DNA of 63,857 nt, the filler included, from Collodictyon triciliatum (Eukaryota), in assembly GCA_043381765.1 (NCBI GenBank). It is 5 parts of 5 records of this genome, joined end to end, with 100 filler letters (N's around TTAATTAATTAA, not from the genome) between each part and the next. Parts side by side here need not be neighbours in the genome. Positions count along the whole stretch, not along the records: positions 1 to 14,080 come from JBHJMP010001873.1; 4 more parts are not named here. One strand, 5' to 3'. Made by a program: the position numbers and the translations under genes. The notes below the pieces were generated by a model. It did not search any database and was not told the DNA's origin. It was given only the letters and a program-made list of their open reading frames with translations. Positions within the stretch are counted from its first letter, which is position 1; each line of letters opens with the position of its first letter. Shown here in pieces: positions 1-12,975 of the stretch.

Positions 1-117
1 ATACATACATACATACATACATACATACATACATACATACATACATACATACATACATACATACATACATACATACATACATACATACATACATACATAC
101 ATACATACATACATACA
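1..117. repeat. (ATAC)n microsatellite, probably intronic
   Basis: Perfect ATAC tandem array from the window start. Confidence 0.95.
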
Positions 118-728
118 CAGCTCCTGAAACATATTACACACAAAAAAATAAAAAATAAAAAAAAAACAAGCCTTCAATATTCCAGTATTTGTCTCTGTCT
201 TCATAATGGAATCAATATCTCCTCCCATATCAGATATCACCTTTGCGAAAGTCTTTGCCACACCGGACATCACTGGTGCAACATCAGAGTCACTGAAGAG
301 CATCTCCTTGTCCAGCATCTCGAGATGGAGAGATTCATACATGTCCATCAGCTCTTTTCTGGCAGTTGTGAGACGCCCTTCCACTTGTTGCAGCAAGGTC
401 TCGCTTTGGGCCAAATCCTGCTCAACATCCCGCACAAATCGACGAGCCATCCCACCCGTGAAGGATCGCGACTGCATATTGGAGTTGAAGAATACGTTGT
501 TTTCGTCATCATCCCAGACACGTTTTTTTTTAAAAAATATATATATAACGCATGTGTTCGAAAGAGAGAGTGTGTGTGAATGAAGAGAGTAAAGAAGCTG
601 GAATATATATATATATATATTTATGCGAGGAGAAAAACAGTTTTGCTGTCAAAAGCATAAATGCAAACCGGCATCCGGGACACAACGTTTGGGACTGGAT
701 CACTCGGAGCGCCTGGCTCGGTCTCCAT
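1..728 (-). CDS. Hypothetical helical/coiled-coil protein, 5' part; runs off the window
   Basis: Exon 728-669 (METEPGAPSDPVPNVVSRMP|gtttgc) joins in phase 0 to exon 471-172 (cag|SRSFTGGMARRFVRDVEQDLAQSETLLQQVEGRL...ILK). No family recognised. Confidence 0.55.
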
Positions 729-1321
729 GGACACAGTCTATTGGGCCGAGTTTGAAACATAGGAATTATACGTTGTGGGAAGAAGAGGAGCGTATTGCCG
801 GACTCTTCTGCGCCCACACCCACCGGACAAACACTTGATCTCTCAGGCCGGCGCCCAATGAGATAATGAAGACGGTTAACGTGCAACGAACATAGATCCA
901 CAGAAAGGTTATGTGTAGGGCATTTCAAAACATCGAGATATTGGGATGGAGTCAGGCTGAAGATTGTACTACTTTTTTTTTGGGCAATCTTCTACCAGCC
1001 AGCCTTCCTCACCAGACATCACGCGTACTTTGCGAGTTGTTATTAGCGGAGGGTTTTATGAAGTAAAAAAAAAATGATGTCTTTGGGGAATGTAGGGAAT
1101 AGAAGAGAAAACAATAAAGAAAAGAAGGGGACTTTTGCGCCTTCGATTTCTTTTTTTTTTTTTTTTGACCGCTTCTCTTGTGTTCCTTCCATCCTTTGCA
1201 TTTCGGCTTCGATTATGTTGTCGACAAACAACTTTTTGCTTTTCGTCTTTTTGCGAGTTGTTTTTTCTTTTAGACAATCAGCGTAAGGGTGGCAGATGTA
1301 GTACGCAGCAACGGCGCAGGA

Positions 1322-3634
1322 TTACTGGGATGAGGCAGGATTTTCAGAAGGGGTATGGCCTGCCGCACCTGCGGAATGGTCTGATTGGGTCATAAGGTCG
1401 CTGTTGTAATCGCTAAAGAACTGCATGGCCATGGCTTCCCGCGCTGTGACGCGCTCCACAGGGTCGTAGCGAAGGAGTCTGTCGAGAAACTCTACTGCCT
1501 GGATGTGGTTGATCAAACACGCATGGTTTTGTGGGAGTCAGAGAACCAAGATCCAGTCCTAGACGCAATATGCTATGCAGCAAGACGCTGATATGTTACC
1601 TCGGGTGTAGCCAGGTGCTGGTTTTCCGGGGTGATGAACTTTTCCCATGGGCGACGGCGTGACCTGAAGTTTGGGAAAGTCGAGTTTGGATATGGCGTAG
1701 AGATGATGAGTTAATGCGGAAGTGGACTACGATTGGATGAGAGCCTAGCGAAAGGAAAGCATGGCTATTTCTGTGATGAAATGGAGTTTGTCTCCTTTGA
1801 ATTTTGGTGCCCTTCGCATGAGCAAACCTGGATATCTTTTCTCTAAGCTGAGGGTCCAATTCTAATTCGTATTTGTCCAGGAACTTAACCAAATCGTCCG
1901 TCCCGAGAACCTGTTTTTTGGTTGTTTTTTGTTTGTTTGTTTGTTTTTATACATAGATTAGCCTCTAGTTCATACGAATATTTCCTTTCTTATTAAGAAA
2001 ATATGTAAAAGGAATAGAAATAATAATGGGGGACTAGTCAAGAGCATCGGCAGTTGAAATGGTTATTGTGACCTCATCAATAGCGTTCAAACCTTAACAA
2101 TTTTTACTAGCTGGTCTTGATTGTCCTGGCCAAAGAAGAATGGTTCTTGTTTGAATATCTACGTTTGTCGTAAATTTGTCAGCCTTTGCTGTAGAATTGG
2201 CTATAGAATGTTCTTGGAGAAAATGGAGTATCAAGGTCACAAAAACACAGAAGGCCATACCATCCCGGCAAACATGCACCCTAGACTCCACATGTCCAGA
2301 GAGTAATCATACACAACCATATTGGTCAAAAGTTCAGGGCCCTGCGATTATCGCAAAATTATTTTCGGCAACGCAATCAAACGAGATGATTTTTTCAAAA
2401 AGAAAAAAGAAAGAAAAGAAAGAAAAAGAAAGAAAGAAATATAGAAAAGGGAGGAATAATATTAAACTAAAGGAACAAATGAATGATAGTGGTATTAATG
2501 TGCTACTTTGTGGGGGAAATTACTGGTGAGTAAATTAGCAAAGTTATTTTGTGTGAGATATAAAAGACATTCTCAATCGCATACCTTAAAGTAACGTGAA
2601 GCGACTCGAACGTTGTAGTCTTTTCCAGGAAAGTAAAACTCTGCAAGACCCCAATCAATCAGCCGAAGTTTTCGGGCTTTATGATCAATCATCACATTGT
2701 GAGGCTTGACATCGCGATGCATGATTCCGCGCGAATGACAAAAGTCCAAGGCCTTCAGAAGCTCAAAAATGTAGTATTGGATATCCTTGTAGCTTAGAGT
2801 TGGATATAGCGTTTTGAAGTCTGTATTATCAACATATTCAAAAATCAAATTGGGTGTCTTTGTATGAGGTTCGCGGACGACGTCGAGAAGGTTGATTATG
2901 TTGACACCGCCCCGAAGATTTTGTAAGATTTTTATTTCTCTCTTAATCTTCTTCTTCTTGACTGGCTTCAGTACCTGATTTAAGGTTACATGACGATTTT
3001 ATGATAGGGTAGCCACGTTATATTTAGGCGATAAAGATGAGGGAGGTTCAAAATTACTCCAAATATGCATAGTTTAAGAGTATTCTATATTTTCCATAGC
3101 GATGTTAATAAGGGAAATCTTTACAGATACACAGTAACGCAATATTTTATGCATTAATATGCAAGTGGAAAGCAAATGAGAGTGTATTAGACTACTCCCA
3201 CAAATACATAATTCAATCATCGAATAAAATGGTTTATATTCCAAATAAAGAATAAATAAATATAAAAAAACCTTGATAATGCAAGGAACGTTTCTTGTGA
3301 CATCCACACCCTCAAAAACTTCGCTGTATTTACCGCGCCCGACTTTCCGCACAATCTCGTAATTGTCGATTTCGCTAAATTTACGAGTTAAGATTCAGTC
3401 ACCTTCTCACATTTGCATAAAAGGATTCATTTTAAACCCGAACGAAGCCAGAAATAAAAAAAAAGTGGAAGGCTTTCAAAGACATATGCGGGTTTCATCC
3501 TTCGAGATCCTGCTTCATCTTAGCTTTTATCTTCGAAACTTAATGTACCCGTATTGAATGTTCATCTCTTCATAATCCCAGTACGACTGTGGGCGGATCT
3601 GATTTGCATCGCTGTAAACACGGGCCACGCTCAT
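1322..3634 (-). CDS. CSNK2A: Casein kinase II catalytic alpha subunit, 8 coding exons
   Basis: GT-AG spliced exons give [84 protein letters not shown]. Confidence 0.97.
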
Positions 3635-5025
3635 TTTCCCTGCTGTCTTGAGTTTTATAAAGGAGGAAGGAGAATATGAGTAAGTTTGCCACAAAGAGTA
3701 GAACGTTTGCGTATAGAATGAACACAGAGACATTTACAAAAGAAAGAGAAAGGTTTTCCTTCATTTCTTTCTTCAGATTCGTTGGATCGCCTCCCACATC
3801 CAAGCAATAAATCATATTACACCAAGGAGCAAAGGTGATGAAAAAGTGTTATGTAAGAAGAGGGAGAAATGACGCTGCATTTCACATAGTTTGAGGAAGT
3901 CCAGGGTTTTGCTTGAAAAAATAAAAACTAAGCTCCCAAATAAGACCGAGAAGAAGAAAAAAACAAAATGAGCTATGATACGATCGTTGCTGACCGATTT
4001 TCTTAGCTATGAAAGTATGCAGTTGTTCAACAGTGAAAGGAGCACCAGGCCAAGGATCGCTGGAAAGTGTCGAGGGGAGGAAAAAAAAAAAGAAAAGGTA
4101 AAAAAGAAAAGAAAAGATAAAAAGAAAAGAAAGATAAAAAAGATGAAAGAAAAAAAAGGAAAGGTAAAAAAGAAAAGAAAAGAAAAAAATGGAAAAAAAA
4201 GGAAAGAAACAGAAAAGAAAAAGAAATATTAAAAAAAAGACAAGATAAAAAAAAGGAAAAGAAAAGAAAAGAAAAACTGTTTAGACAGTCACACAATAAC
4301 TTGAGGGAAAATCTATTCCCCAGTTACATGAAGCAGGATACTGACAATACGAAAAGCATCGAGTAGTCGACACAGTCTGCAGCTGCAAACCCAAAGAATG
4401 ATCGGCCTTCAAGCGCGGCGAAAATCGAGCCTTGCCTGTGCATCCAGCCAGCGTGTCGGCCAAAATGGTCTCAACCACACCGAGCTGCTCCACAATCAGG
4501 GTTTCTAAAATTCACATATATATCTGGAAAATATATTATCCTACAATATATTCCATGAAATTTATACATGACCATATTATCTACAAAACATATACATTGG
4601 TTTGTGCAGAAGTATACATTTAGTTAATACAAGAGGCGTACGAAGATTAAGCTCGTATACCGTCATTTTCTTTGACTTAATTGTAAAGGTACAACGCTTG
4701 AGTCCAGAATTGGATTCATCTTTCTAATGCATTTCCAGTTGTGGACAAAAGCTTGTCGTGGTTCGAAGCTGAGTTGCTTCATCTGTTGATCCTGGCGTTG
4801 GGACTGGAAAAAGCGCGGCACGCTTGCAGGCTCCCTTAGAAGCAGCAACAAAACAAAACACAAGAGAGTCCGACCGCGTGGCCCATTCCCCCAGCGACCC
4901 AGTACCCATTCCTCAAGTCACGGGAGCCATCAATCAGCAGAATAGAAGCAGTCTCATTTGATCTGCCCTTTACCTCACAAAAGAACTCACCACTTGGCTT
5001 GGTCATAATTGCATGTTTCTTCAGG

Positions 5026-8000
5026 ATGGGCGATAGTTCTCGGAAGCCGGACTTGATTATTGTGACCGAGGATGCGTCAGAATCTGCAGGTTTTCTTCAT
5101 TTCTTCATTTCTTCATTCCTTTATTCCTTCATTTCTTCATTTCTTCATTCCTTCATTTCTTCATTCCTTCATTTCTTCATTCCTTCATTTCTTCATTCCT
5201 TCATTTCTTCATTTCTTCATTTCTTCATTTCTTCATTTCTTCATTTCTTCATTTCTTCATTCCTTCATTTCTTCATTTCTTCATTCCTTCATTCCTTTAT
5301 TCCTTTATTCCTTTATTTCTATATTCATTCATTTATTTAATCATACTTAGCTGGAGTGCAGGCGATCAATCCTGACCCTGCACCCTTGCGTGGCCGCTCT
5401 ATGTCACATGGCAAAGAGACCGATCTCTCCCCCTTTCGCAATCGCGGGATATCAACAACGGGCTCAAACAGAACACAAGGGTCTGAGGCCCTTCAACAGC
5501 CCAGCACACGAAGAAGCTCCTTCCGCAAGTCCTGGGATGGGCACATGGAATCCTTGGTATTTCAATCTTTTATTGTGAACCGTTTGTTATGAGACATTGA
5601 ATGGTTGCCACATCCACACACTCTTTTCTTCTCGTTTTTTTTTTAATTGAAGCAATCGATTGGTTTGTAGTATCGCCACCTCTCTCTTGATAGAAACGTC
5701 GAAAAGCCACGGTCCGCCAGTGAAGGGTATGGATTTCCACACTTTATTCGAGAGCTTCATTTCCTAGATGAATTTGTCAAGTCTATTGTTTTTCGTTTCA
5801 AGAACTTTGAGGGGGAAAACTAATATAATTTTTTGATTCGACTATGCCAAACAGGGGGCAGTACCCAAGGTCGTCTGTTTCTGACTTGATAATGGAGTCG
5901 GAAGCGATTGAAAACATTGCGTACGTTTCTCTTGTCACCAGCTAAACGAATAGTATCAACATTTATAAAAATAACAAGAGCATGGTCACGAGTTCCGATA
6001 GACTTTTCCCCACCTTAGCTGAAAATGGTTCATTTTAAGTAACTAAACTGTAATGATGCTTTTCAATAATTTTTTTTTTTAAAAAAACAGTATAGAGTTA
6101 ATAACAAAATCACTCTCGACGATTCGAACGGACGAGAATGAACCGATCGATCCAAAAGCAATTCTGAGAAGCAAACTCGACTCTGTCTCTATGGCCTTAA
6201 AAATCACACTGCTAGCATCTGGGATTTGTGGTTTCTTTATAATCCTTCTGATTGCATCTGATACAGTTGGAAAGTATCATTGGGATGGGAAGGTACAGGC
6301 ATACTATTTTATGGGTGCGTTGATGACCCTAATATCCGGTGTCTATGTCGTTTACACGTACTGGGTCTTGGGCCCGTTAAACCGACACCCAGCTTCTCTG
6401 CATGTTTGGGGGACATTATGTGATATGCTATTTGCAATTCCCATGATTGCCCAGTTCTTTGACGAAGACTATGACTATACCGGAGTTACGAGCGCGCATA
6501 GAGACCAAAGCTCATGCAAGATTTATGCTTTCCTGACTCAGGTATTATAATTTTATGTCGTATTGTAATTATTGAACTACACATTGAATTATTCCAAGGT
6601 TCTGAATATTTTCCAAGATAATTGGTTGATATTTTTTCTTTCTAAATCGCTAGGTATCACTTTTCGGCTCCGTCACGTGGTTTTTCCTATTGTCCTGGGA
6701 TCTCTTTCTCGCCATTCGTCAGCCTTTTGGAAATAATCTTCTTCAGCTGACTCGTTATCACGTATGCGCCTGGTTTTTTACGTTCTTGACAGGATTTATC
6801 CTTTTACTTGGACAGTTTGAAGGTATATCGCATGTCTGCCTATGCTGGATCGAATCACGAGCGCCTGGGGAGGTTTCTTTTCCTTTTCTTTTCCTTTTCT
6901 TTTCCTTTTCTTTTTCTTTTTCTTTTTCTTTTCTTGTTCTTTATTCCTTTTCTTTTTCTTATCTTTTCTTTTCTTTTCATTTTCTTTTTCCTTTCCTTAT
7001 TCTTGTTCTTTATTCTTGTTCTTTATTCTTGTTCTTTATTCTTGTTCTTTATTCTTGTTCTTTATTCTTGTTCTTTATTCTTGTTCTTTATTCTTGTTCT
7101 TTATTCCTTTTTCTTTTCTTTTTCTCTTTTTCTTTTCCTTTTTCTTTTTCCTTTTCTTTTTCGTTTTTTCTCATTCACAAAAGCCGAATCTTAACATCCG
7201 AAACACACTGAAACATACCTAGTTCACATATGGGATGTGGATCCTCTATTATTTCAGCGTTTGTTTCTACTACTCATTTTCCGTCGGGGTTCTATTCTAC
7301 TGTGCATACAAATGGAACATGTGGTCTCGCCGAAACCAAGCGAAAGAGGTGTCAGAGAACGAAGAAGACGTGAGTCACACATAAGGAATTTTTTTTATGT
7401 AACATAAGAAAAATATTGAGGGTTTACCTCAAGCAATTATGCTTTGTTAGTCACGATATAACATACTTTTGTCTAGGACTCGTCGGGGCAAGTGATGTCA
7501 AAGACGTTGGAGATTCGCAAGCTTGTGATGAAACAGAATGCCTTTCATATCATGGTTTACGGTGCATATTTTGCAATCGTCTTCAGTCTGTACTACACGT
7601 ACGACAACGTGCGCTCATATAACGAATCAGGCTTGATTTGCGATCCTGAAGATGTAATTTCTTTTGATGTTATTATAATGAGCCATCCCACTAACAACAT
7701 ATTATATTTGTTGAATAGTATCCAAATTCATCTCTCTCATTTGCTCCTTAATGAAATCATCAGCGAGAGTATTGAGAGGCCAATATTTTATCTTCATTCT
7801 ATAGCAAAGTGCTATTGTTCTTTTGAAAGTTTTTGCTCTTCTCATAAGTGGAAAAGGAGTTCTTGATGGGATTGTTTGGTATTACAAAAGCTATCTGGGC
7901 CAAATCAACAAAGAGGTATTTCTCATTCTAAAGCATGCGTAATGTTTCTACTGTGGAAAGTATGCCCGTTTACAATTAACTATGTGATTGTAAGGTTCTG

Positions 8001-10027
8001 GCAAATGCTGAGATATCTCAGCAAATGAGAAAAGACGTGATGCAGTGCACGCTGTTGGGGATATGCGATACAGCTGAAATGGCGTCAGGTCATCGCATAC
8101 AAGATATTCGGAACCAGAGATATTTCCAATCCCTGTTGGAAATGAATGTACAAGGTAAAAGCACGCAGTATAGCTTTGTTTTTCGGTCATATGCCATGCT
8201 GGTTTTCAGGCACTTGCGCGAATTCAATGGAATAACAACGGAAAGCTATCTTCAGAGGTAGTAATTTGAATGGAATTTCTTTTGTTTCGTGATGTACATT
8301 ATATATTTTCTTAATGAGATTCAAATTCGAATTGTACAGGATTTCCATGTCTTGTCAAAAACTTTCCTTTTTTTTTCTTTTTTTTTAAAAAAAATTATTA
8401 TCAATATAGAACAAAGCCACCAAACCCAGACTCCGTTCATGAAACATCTTTTTTTTTTTATCTGTAATACTCCTGCAGTTTGACCAAAGCTGCTGCAAAG
8501 GATTCAGCTGGCAAGTCAGACCAAGCAGAGCAGAGCGAGCTCAAGGAATCCTTCTCAGAGGGTCGTAGCGGATCTTTTCTGTATTTTTCCTCAGACCGTC
8601 GGTTTATTATTAAAACCCTATCTCACTCCGAAGCTGAGCTCCTTCTCGATGTTCTCAAGTCCTATCACCGACACATGACATCTTATCGCGATACGTTAAT
8701 TACTCGCTTGTACGGGCTACACTCCATCAAAATCTACGGGATGACAATGTAAGATACACTTTTGATAAAGGAATTTATTAACCGTTGTGACGAGACTCAT
8801 TTCGTTACAGTCAACCAATCTCATCATATCATTCCAACTGACATATAGGTACTTTGTTGTCATGGAGAATGTCGTCCATTTGCAGAAAGACCGAACTGCC
8901 ATGTATACCTTTGATATGAAGGTAAATCTTTAGACGTGCACGATAACATCAAGTACGATGATGTGCATATAAGAAGTATGTTACATATTCAACAGGGTTC
9001 GTGGATTGACCGTGAAGTCGGCATCTCTCCAGAGCAAGAGAAGCCTAACCATAAAATGGATGGTCTAATGAGTTCGTTGGATGTTGTATTGAAGGTATCC
9101 CTGGAATAAATGTATTATCTTTTTCTTTCATTCTATTTACACACAGCCAACACGTTAATCGCAGACGCTGCAATTGATTGAAGAAAGATGAAAAACAAAG
9201 ATACAAATACAGACCAACAGCCTAACCTTTCCTGAATTCAATCCATAGGTGTTCCAATCTTCAAATGAAGAAGCAGGACTAAGACCAGAGATGGCAAACG
9301 AGTCTGGCAAGAAAAGAAAATTAGGGACCCTCAAAGATATCGATTTTGAGAAGCTTTTGGGCACGGTGAATGTAGGACCGACTGCTCGGCAGCAATTAAT
9401 TGAACAACTGAGAATTGACACCGAATTCTTCCGAAGGCTCAATATCATGGGTGTGTCCCATTTTCGTAAAACATCATGCTCCTATGTGCATTCAATTTTT
9501 AATATAAGAATATCCACACCAATATCTCTGTTCCTTTTTACACATCATGCACCCCTTGCGACTACCTTCTTCATCGGTCTTTGTGAATATCCCACTCGTG
9601 TTTGTTCCATTTCATCGAACAGTCTCTGTGGGTTTATTGTAATAGAAAATGTGTTTATGGACTAGATTATTCCTTGCTTCTGGTCATTAGCGAAGGGTTC
9701 AAAGTTACCCACACAGAAGCATCAGAGTTTTCTTCTCTTTCAAAGAGCACAGGAGATGCAACATACGTTCCTTTCTACCGTCGATACTGTGGAGGACTAC
9801 CAGAATATGAACCGAACTCTGGGATGACTGATGGATTGACGCAGAGGGTATTCCATGTGGGCATCATCGACCTGCTGCAAGAATATAACCTCAACAAAAA
9901 GACAGAGCGGTGGATCAAAGTCCATCTGCGACGCAAGGACCCTGCAGGTGTCTCATGCATCGCCCCGCTAGAGTACGCCGAGCGCTTCTGCCGCATGATT
10001 GACAGAATCTTTGTCGGGCCTGCTTGA
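5026..10027 (+). CDS. GPCR-PIPK: 7TM receptor fused to a C-terminal phosphatidylinositol-phosphate kinase (RpkA / oomycete GK-like), about 15 exons
   Basis: TM region has TM3 CKIYAFLTQ..WFFLLSWDLFLAIRQPF, TM4 YHVCAW and ECL2 CWI. Linker MRKDVMQCTLLGI. PIPK motifs: FRSYA, EGRSGSFLYFSSDRRFIIKT, LITRLYGLH, FVVMEN, FDMKGS, LKDIDF, IMDYSLL, GIIDLLQEY, YAERF. All exons join in frame with GT-AG introns. Confidence 0.93.
5093..5335. repeat. (CATTTCTT/CATTCCTT)n 8-mer tandem repeat in the first coding intron of the GPCR-PIPK
   Basis: Tandem units lie between the donor at 5090 and the acceptor at 5350. Confidence 0.9.
6873..7170. repeat. Intronic TC-rich low complexity containing a (TTATTCTTGTTCT)n 13-mer array
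   Basis: 13-mer tandem at about 6998-7105, inside the intron after RAPGE. Confidence 0.85.
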
Positions 10028-10643
10028 GGAGAGTGGGATTGGGACGTTTCCAACACAGCCATTATTCAAGAGGGAACAAAAAAAAAAGGAGAAAGTGGGA
10101 CAGATGGCTTCTCTCATCTCATTCCTTCCCACCCTGCCTTCTGCCTCTACATATTTTATTTCTTCTTTTCCCTATAACACTAGCCACGCAGCCGCAACAA
10201 CAGGATTAAAATAAATTCCAGAAACGAGTAGGATAACGGAGGTTGACTATCCATTCATGGATGACTCATGGAAGATTCTTTCTCCACCCACATTTGGATT
10301 TATCTCAAGCAATTATTCTCGCAGACCAGCGATTGATAAGGCCAACACATTCCCAACTTTTCTTACAAGCGCATGGATTCGATGCAAATGAATTATCAGC
10401 TCACATTGCGGACGCGTTTCTGCGAGCAAACACACGCCGATTCTGCTATGTCTTCGAAAACAAGCCAGCCAGCAGTCACAGCCCTCCGTGGCGAGTTGGG
10501 AAAGGTCTAAGGAGAAAGAAAAACGCTTCCTCGCAACTGTCACACAAATACCCGAGCTGGTGTGCGCCTCAACAAACGCAGGCTCAACAGACTTTCGTGT
10601 GGTAGGTCTAAGCGTCAGACGCAAGCTGAATCACTTTCTGGGC

Positions 10644-12633
10644 ATGAGTACCACTGAGCCACTTCTTCTTCGCTCGGGAAACGTCTATGCTTGCTTCCCT
10701 TGCATCCAAGACTGGCGCGTAGGGATGGATGAGGTGAGCAGATCACTCGCAGTTATTCTGTTCTCAGCCCTTTTTACCTTTTCTTTTGGCTACCAATAGA
10801 AATCGTTTTTGGTTTGTTCAATCGACGGAGACAAGCTCAATATATTCCTTTTCAACTTTTTTTTTTTACCAATTTCTCTTTTTTTTCCCTATGCGACTCT
10901 TTCATTTCATTCGAGGAAGCGGTTGACTAAGTCCTCATTTGAGATGATCTTGATCGAGATATTGAACTCGTGGGCAACCTGTTCCATTCCCAGATACCAA
11001 TGATGTCGACATGATTTCGCGGTGTGTGATATAGCAACACAAATCATAATCCTTAATCTTTCTCTAAAAATCAGCTTGCTCATGGTCTTGAAGTCGCTTT
11101 GACACGTCTGCTGAAGGGCGAATGTAATAGTTGTGAGGATGCCTCCACGCCATTGCCCCAAGAATATGTGAGTGACCCTGCTCAGCTCAGCATCGTCGGT
11201 ATGATTTATATTTAATCATAGCCAGCTGGATGCCTCTCATCCAGCTTGGGTATTTGACTGACCTGTTTCTTGCTCAAAATTGTAGCCACCATTTTTCTCG
11301 GACCCAACGCAACCACCAAAGATGTCGAATATGCTGTTAGAGAAACACTGGGTGAAATCAGAGTGCAAAAGTTGAACAAGGTGATCCTCTCATTCCATGA
11401 GAAGACCTTAGAATCAAGCGAATCCATGGCAGCACTTTGGAAGGTAGGTCTAATCAGAACGCTCAACAAGTTGATAGACTTAATAACTTTCTGACAAGAG
11501 CTATTTTTTTCACTTAAAGTGATTTTTCCTTTTTTAGACGGTAGAAACCTATCAAGAGAGCGACATGATATCGACTACATCAGTCAGAAACCCTACGGTG
11601 CCTCAATTAGAAAGCTTTTTGGGCTTAATAACTGTAATTTTCATCCATTAAAATATACCTGGATATGAAGATAAATACAGAACAGAGAAAGTAAATGCAA
11701 TTGTGATGGCTGGGAGGGAAACAAAAAAGATAAATTACATTTCCCTACCATTAAACATTTTAATTCCAGCGTCAACCAGAGTCTATTTGTGTGGATATGA
11801 ACCACATGGAAACAAACGGAAACCTAAAAGAGTATGCCGAGTTAAAAGGTTTTTCACTTTTGGTTCACGGGCCCAGCGACCAAGCAGGTAATCATCTAAT
11901 CATTTCGTAATTTCTCTAGCCTTCGTTCCCGTGATCACATCATGAATTTTATAAATTATAAACAATATAATGAAGTAGCTACTTTACGAAGCACACGCTC
12001 ATATATACATAGATTTGTTCCTTCCAGGATCGATCCCCACAATTCTGGCGAAGTACCAAGCCCCAAAGACAAACTTTTCACTTCGTTGGATTGTTCGGTT
12101 CGCAGTGGTAATGAGAAACACAATAGCCTCTTAAAACCTTTTTGTTGTGCTAATTTATGACATGCTTTTCTTCTTGTCCATAATCTGAGAAAAATGCCAT
12201 TGAAAATTTGATTATCTAACCCTGTTGTAAATACGTCTTCAGGAGTTGAGTATTTTTTTCCCTTCACCTTTTTTTACTCTCTCAATCGTTTCCTCTCTTA
12301 TGAATACCGATAGATTATACCAGTTAACACAATAATAACTATAATTAAGGTGGTCTCTTCTCGGCAAGTCGTTGAAAAGCAAGGGTAAATCCATATGCAT
12401 ACCAGACCGCAACTACGAAGCCCAATCACACCACCCACCGAATTTTCAGTCCTATCTTTTTCTTTTTTTTTTTATTCTGGAGACTGCGTCTCATTTCCTC
12501 AGACCATGAATAGAGACAGAAGATGTTCTCTGGACAAACGCCTTACCATTCAACCACATCACACTCACTCCTCGTCTTATCACACATGCACAGATACATC
12601 TACAGCCTTGAAGAGATGTCTACAACACACTAA
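10644..12633 (+). CDS. GCLM: Glutamate-cysteine ligase modifier (regulatory) subunit, AKR-like fold, 8 exons
   Basis: Spliced product LLLRSGNV..DE|LAHGLEVAL..LSIV|ATIFL..AVRETLGEIRVQKLNKVIL..ALWK|TVE..|RQPESICVD..LLVH..|..LRWIVRFAV|VVSSRQVVEKQG|YIYSL* is colinear with animal GCLM (LHLQTGN..., KVSAKLF, LGVAQLDSVII, WLLRYSVIVKSRGIIKSKGYIL). Confidence 0.8.
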
Positions 12634-12975
12634 TGCGGCATACGTATCGCTCGCCTCTCCTATTCCTTTTTTTTCTTCTCCTTCTTGACACTGAAGACTC
12701 CGATATTCATATCGACCCAACGGCATTCCATCTGGTTGAATCTGCCGACTGCCTTCCACTTCATTGTTCGCGGAAATTGTCATTTTTTTCTTTGTCCTTT
12801 CTTTTTAATCTTCTCTATCTTTGTCTTTGCCTTTACCTCATTTCCTTTCCCTTCTGCCTTCCCTTCTAGCCGCCGCACTCATCCCTAACGTTTTTCCATC
12901 ATAAATCCCTATCGCTGCCGCTAACATTATCCCCTCTTTGCAAGAGAAGCAACCTCGGGCGTACAAACAACCGCA

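Noticed and set aside
4999-5350. ORFs with (FLHFFISS)n, and similar poly-Y/L/I/K/F ORFs at 6808-7222, 13787-14128, 18324-19061, 42525-42719 and 49856-50196
   Set aside because: Translations of intronic or intergenic simple repeats
10243-10624. ORFs of 103-120 aa between the GPCR-PIPK and GCLM
   Set aside because: No motif or splice support; probably UTR or promoter sequence
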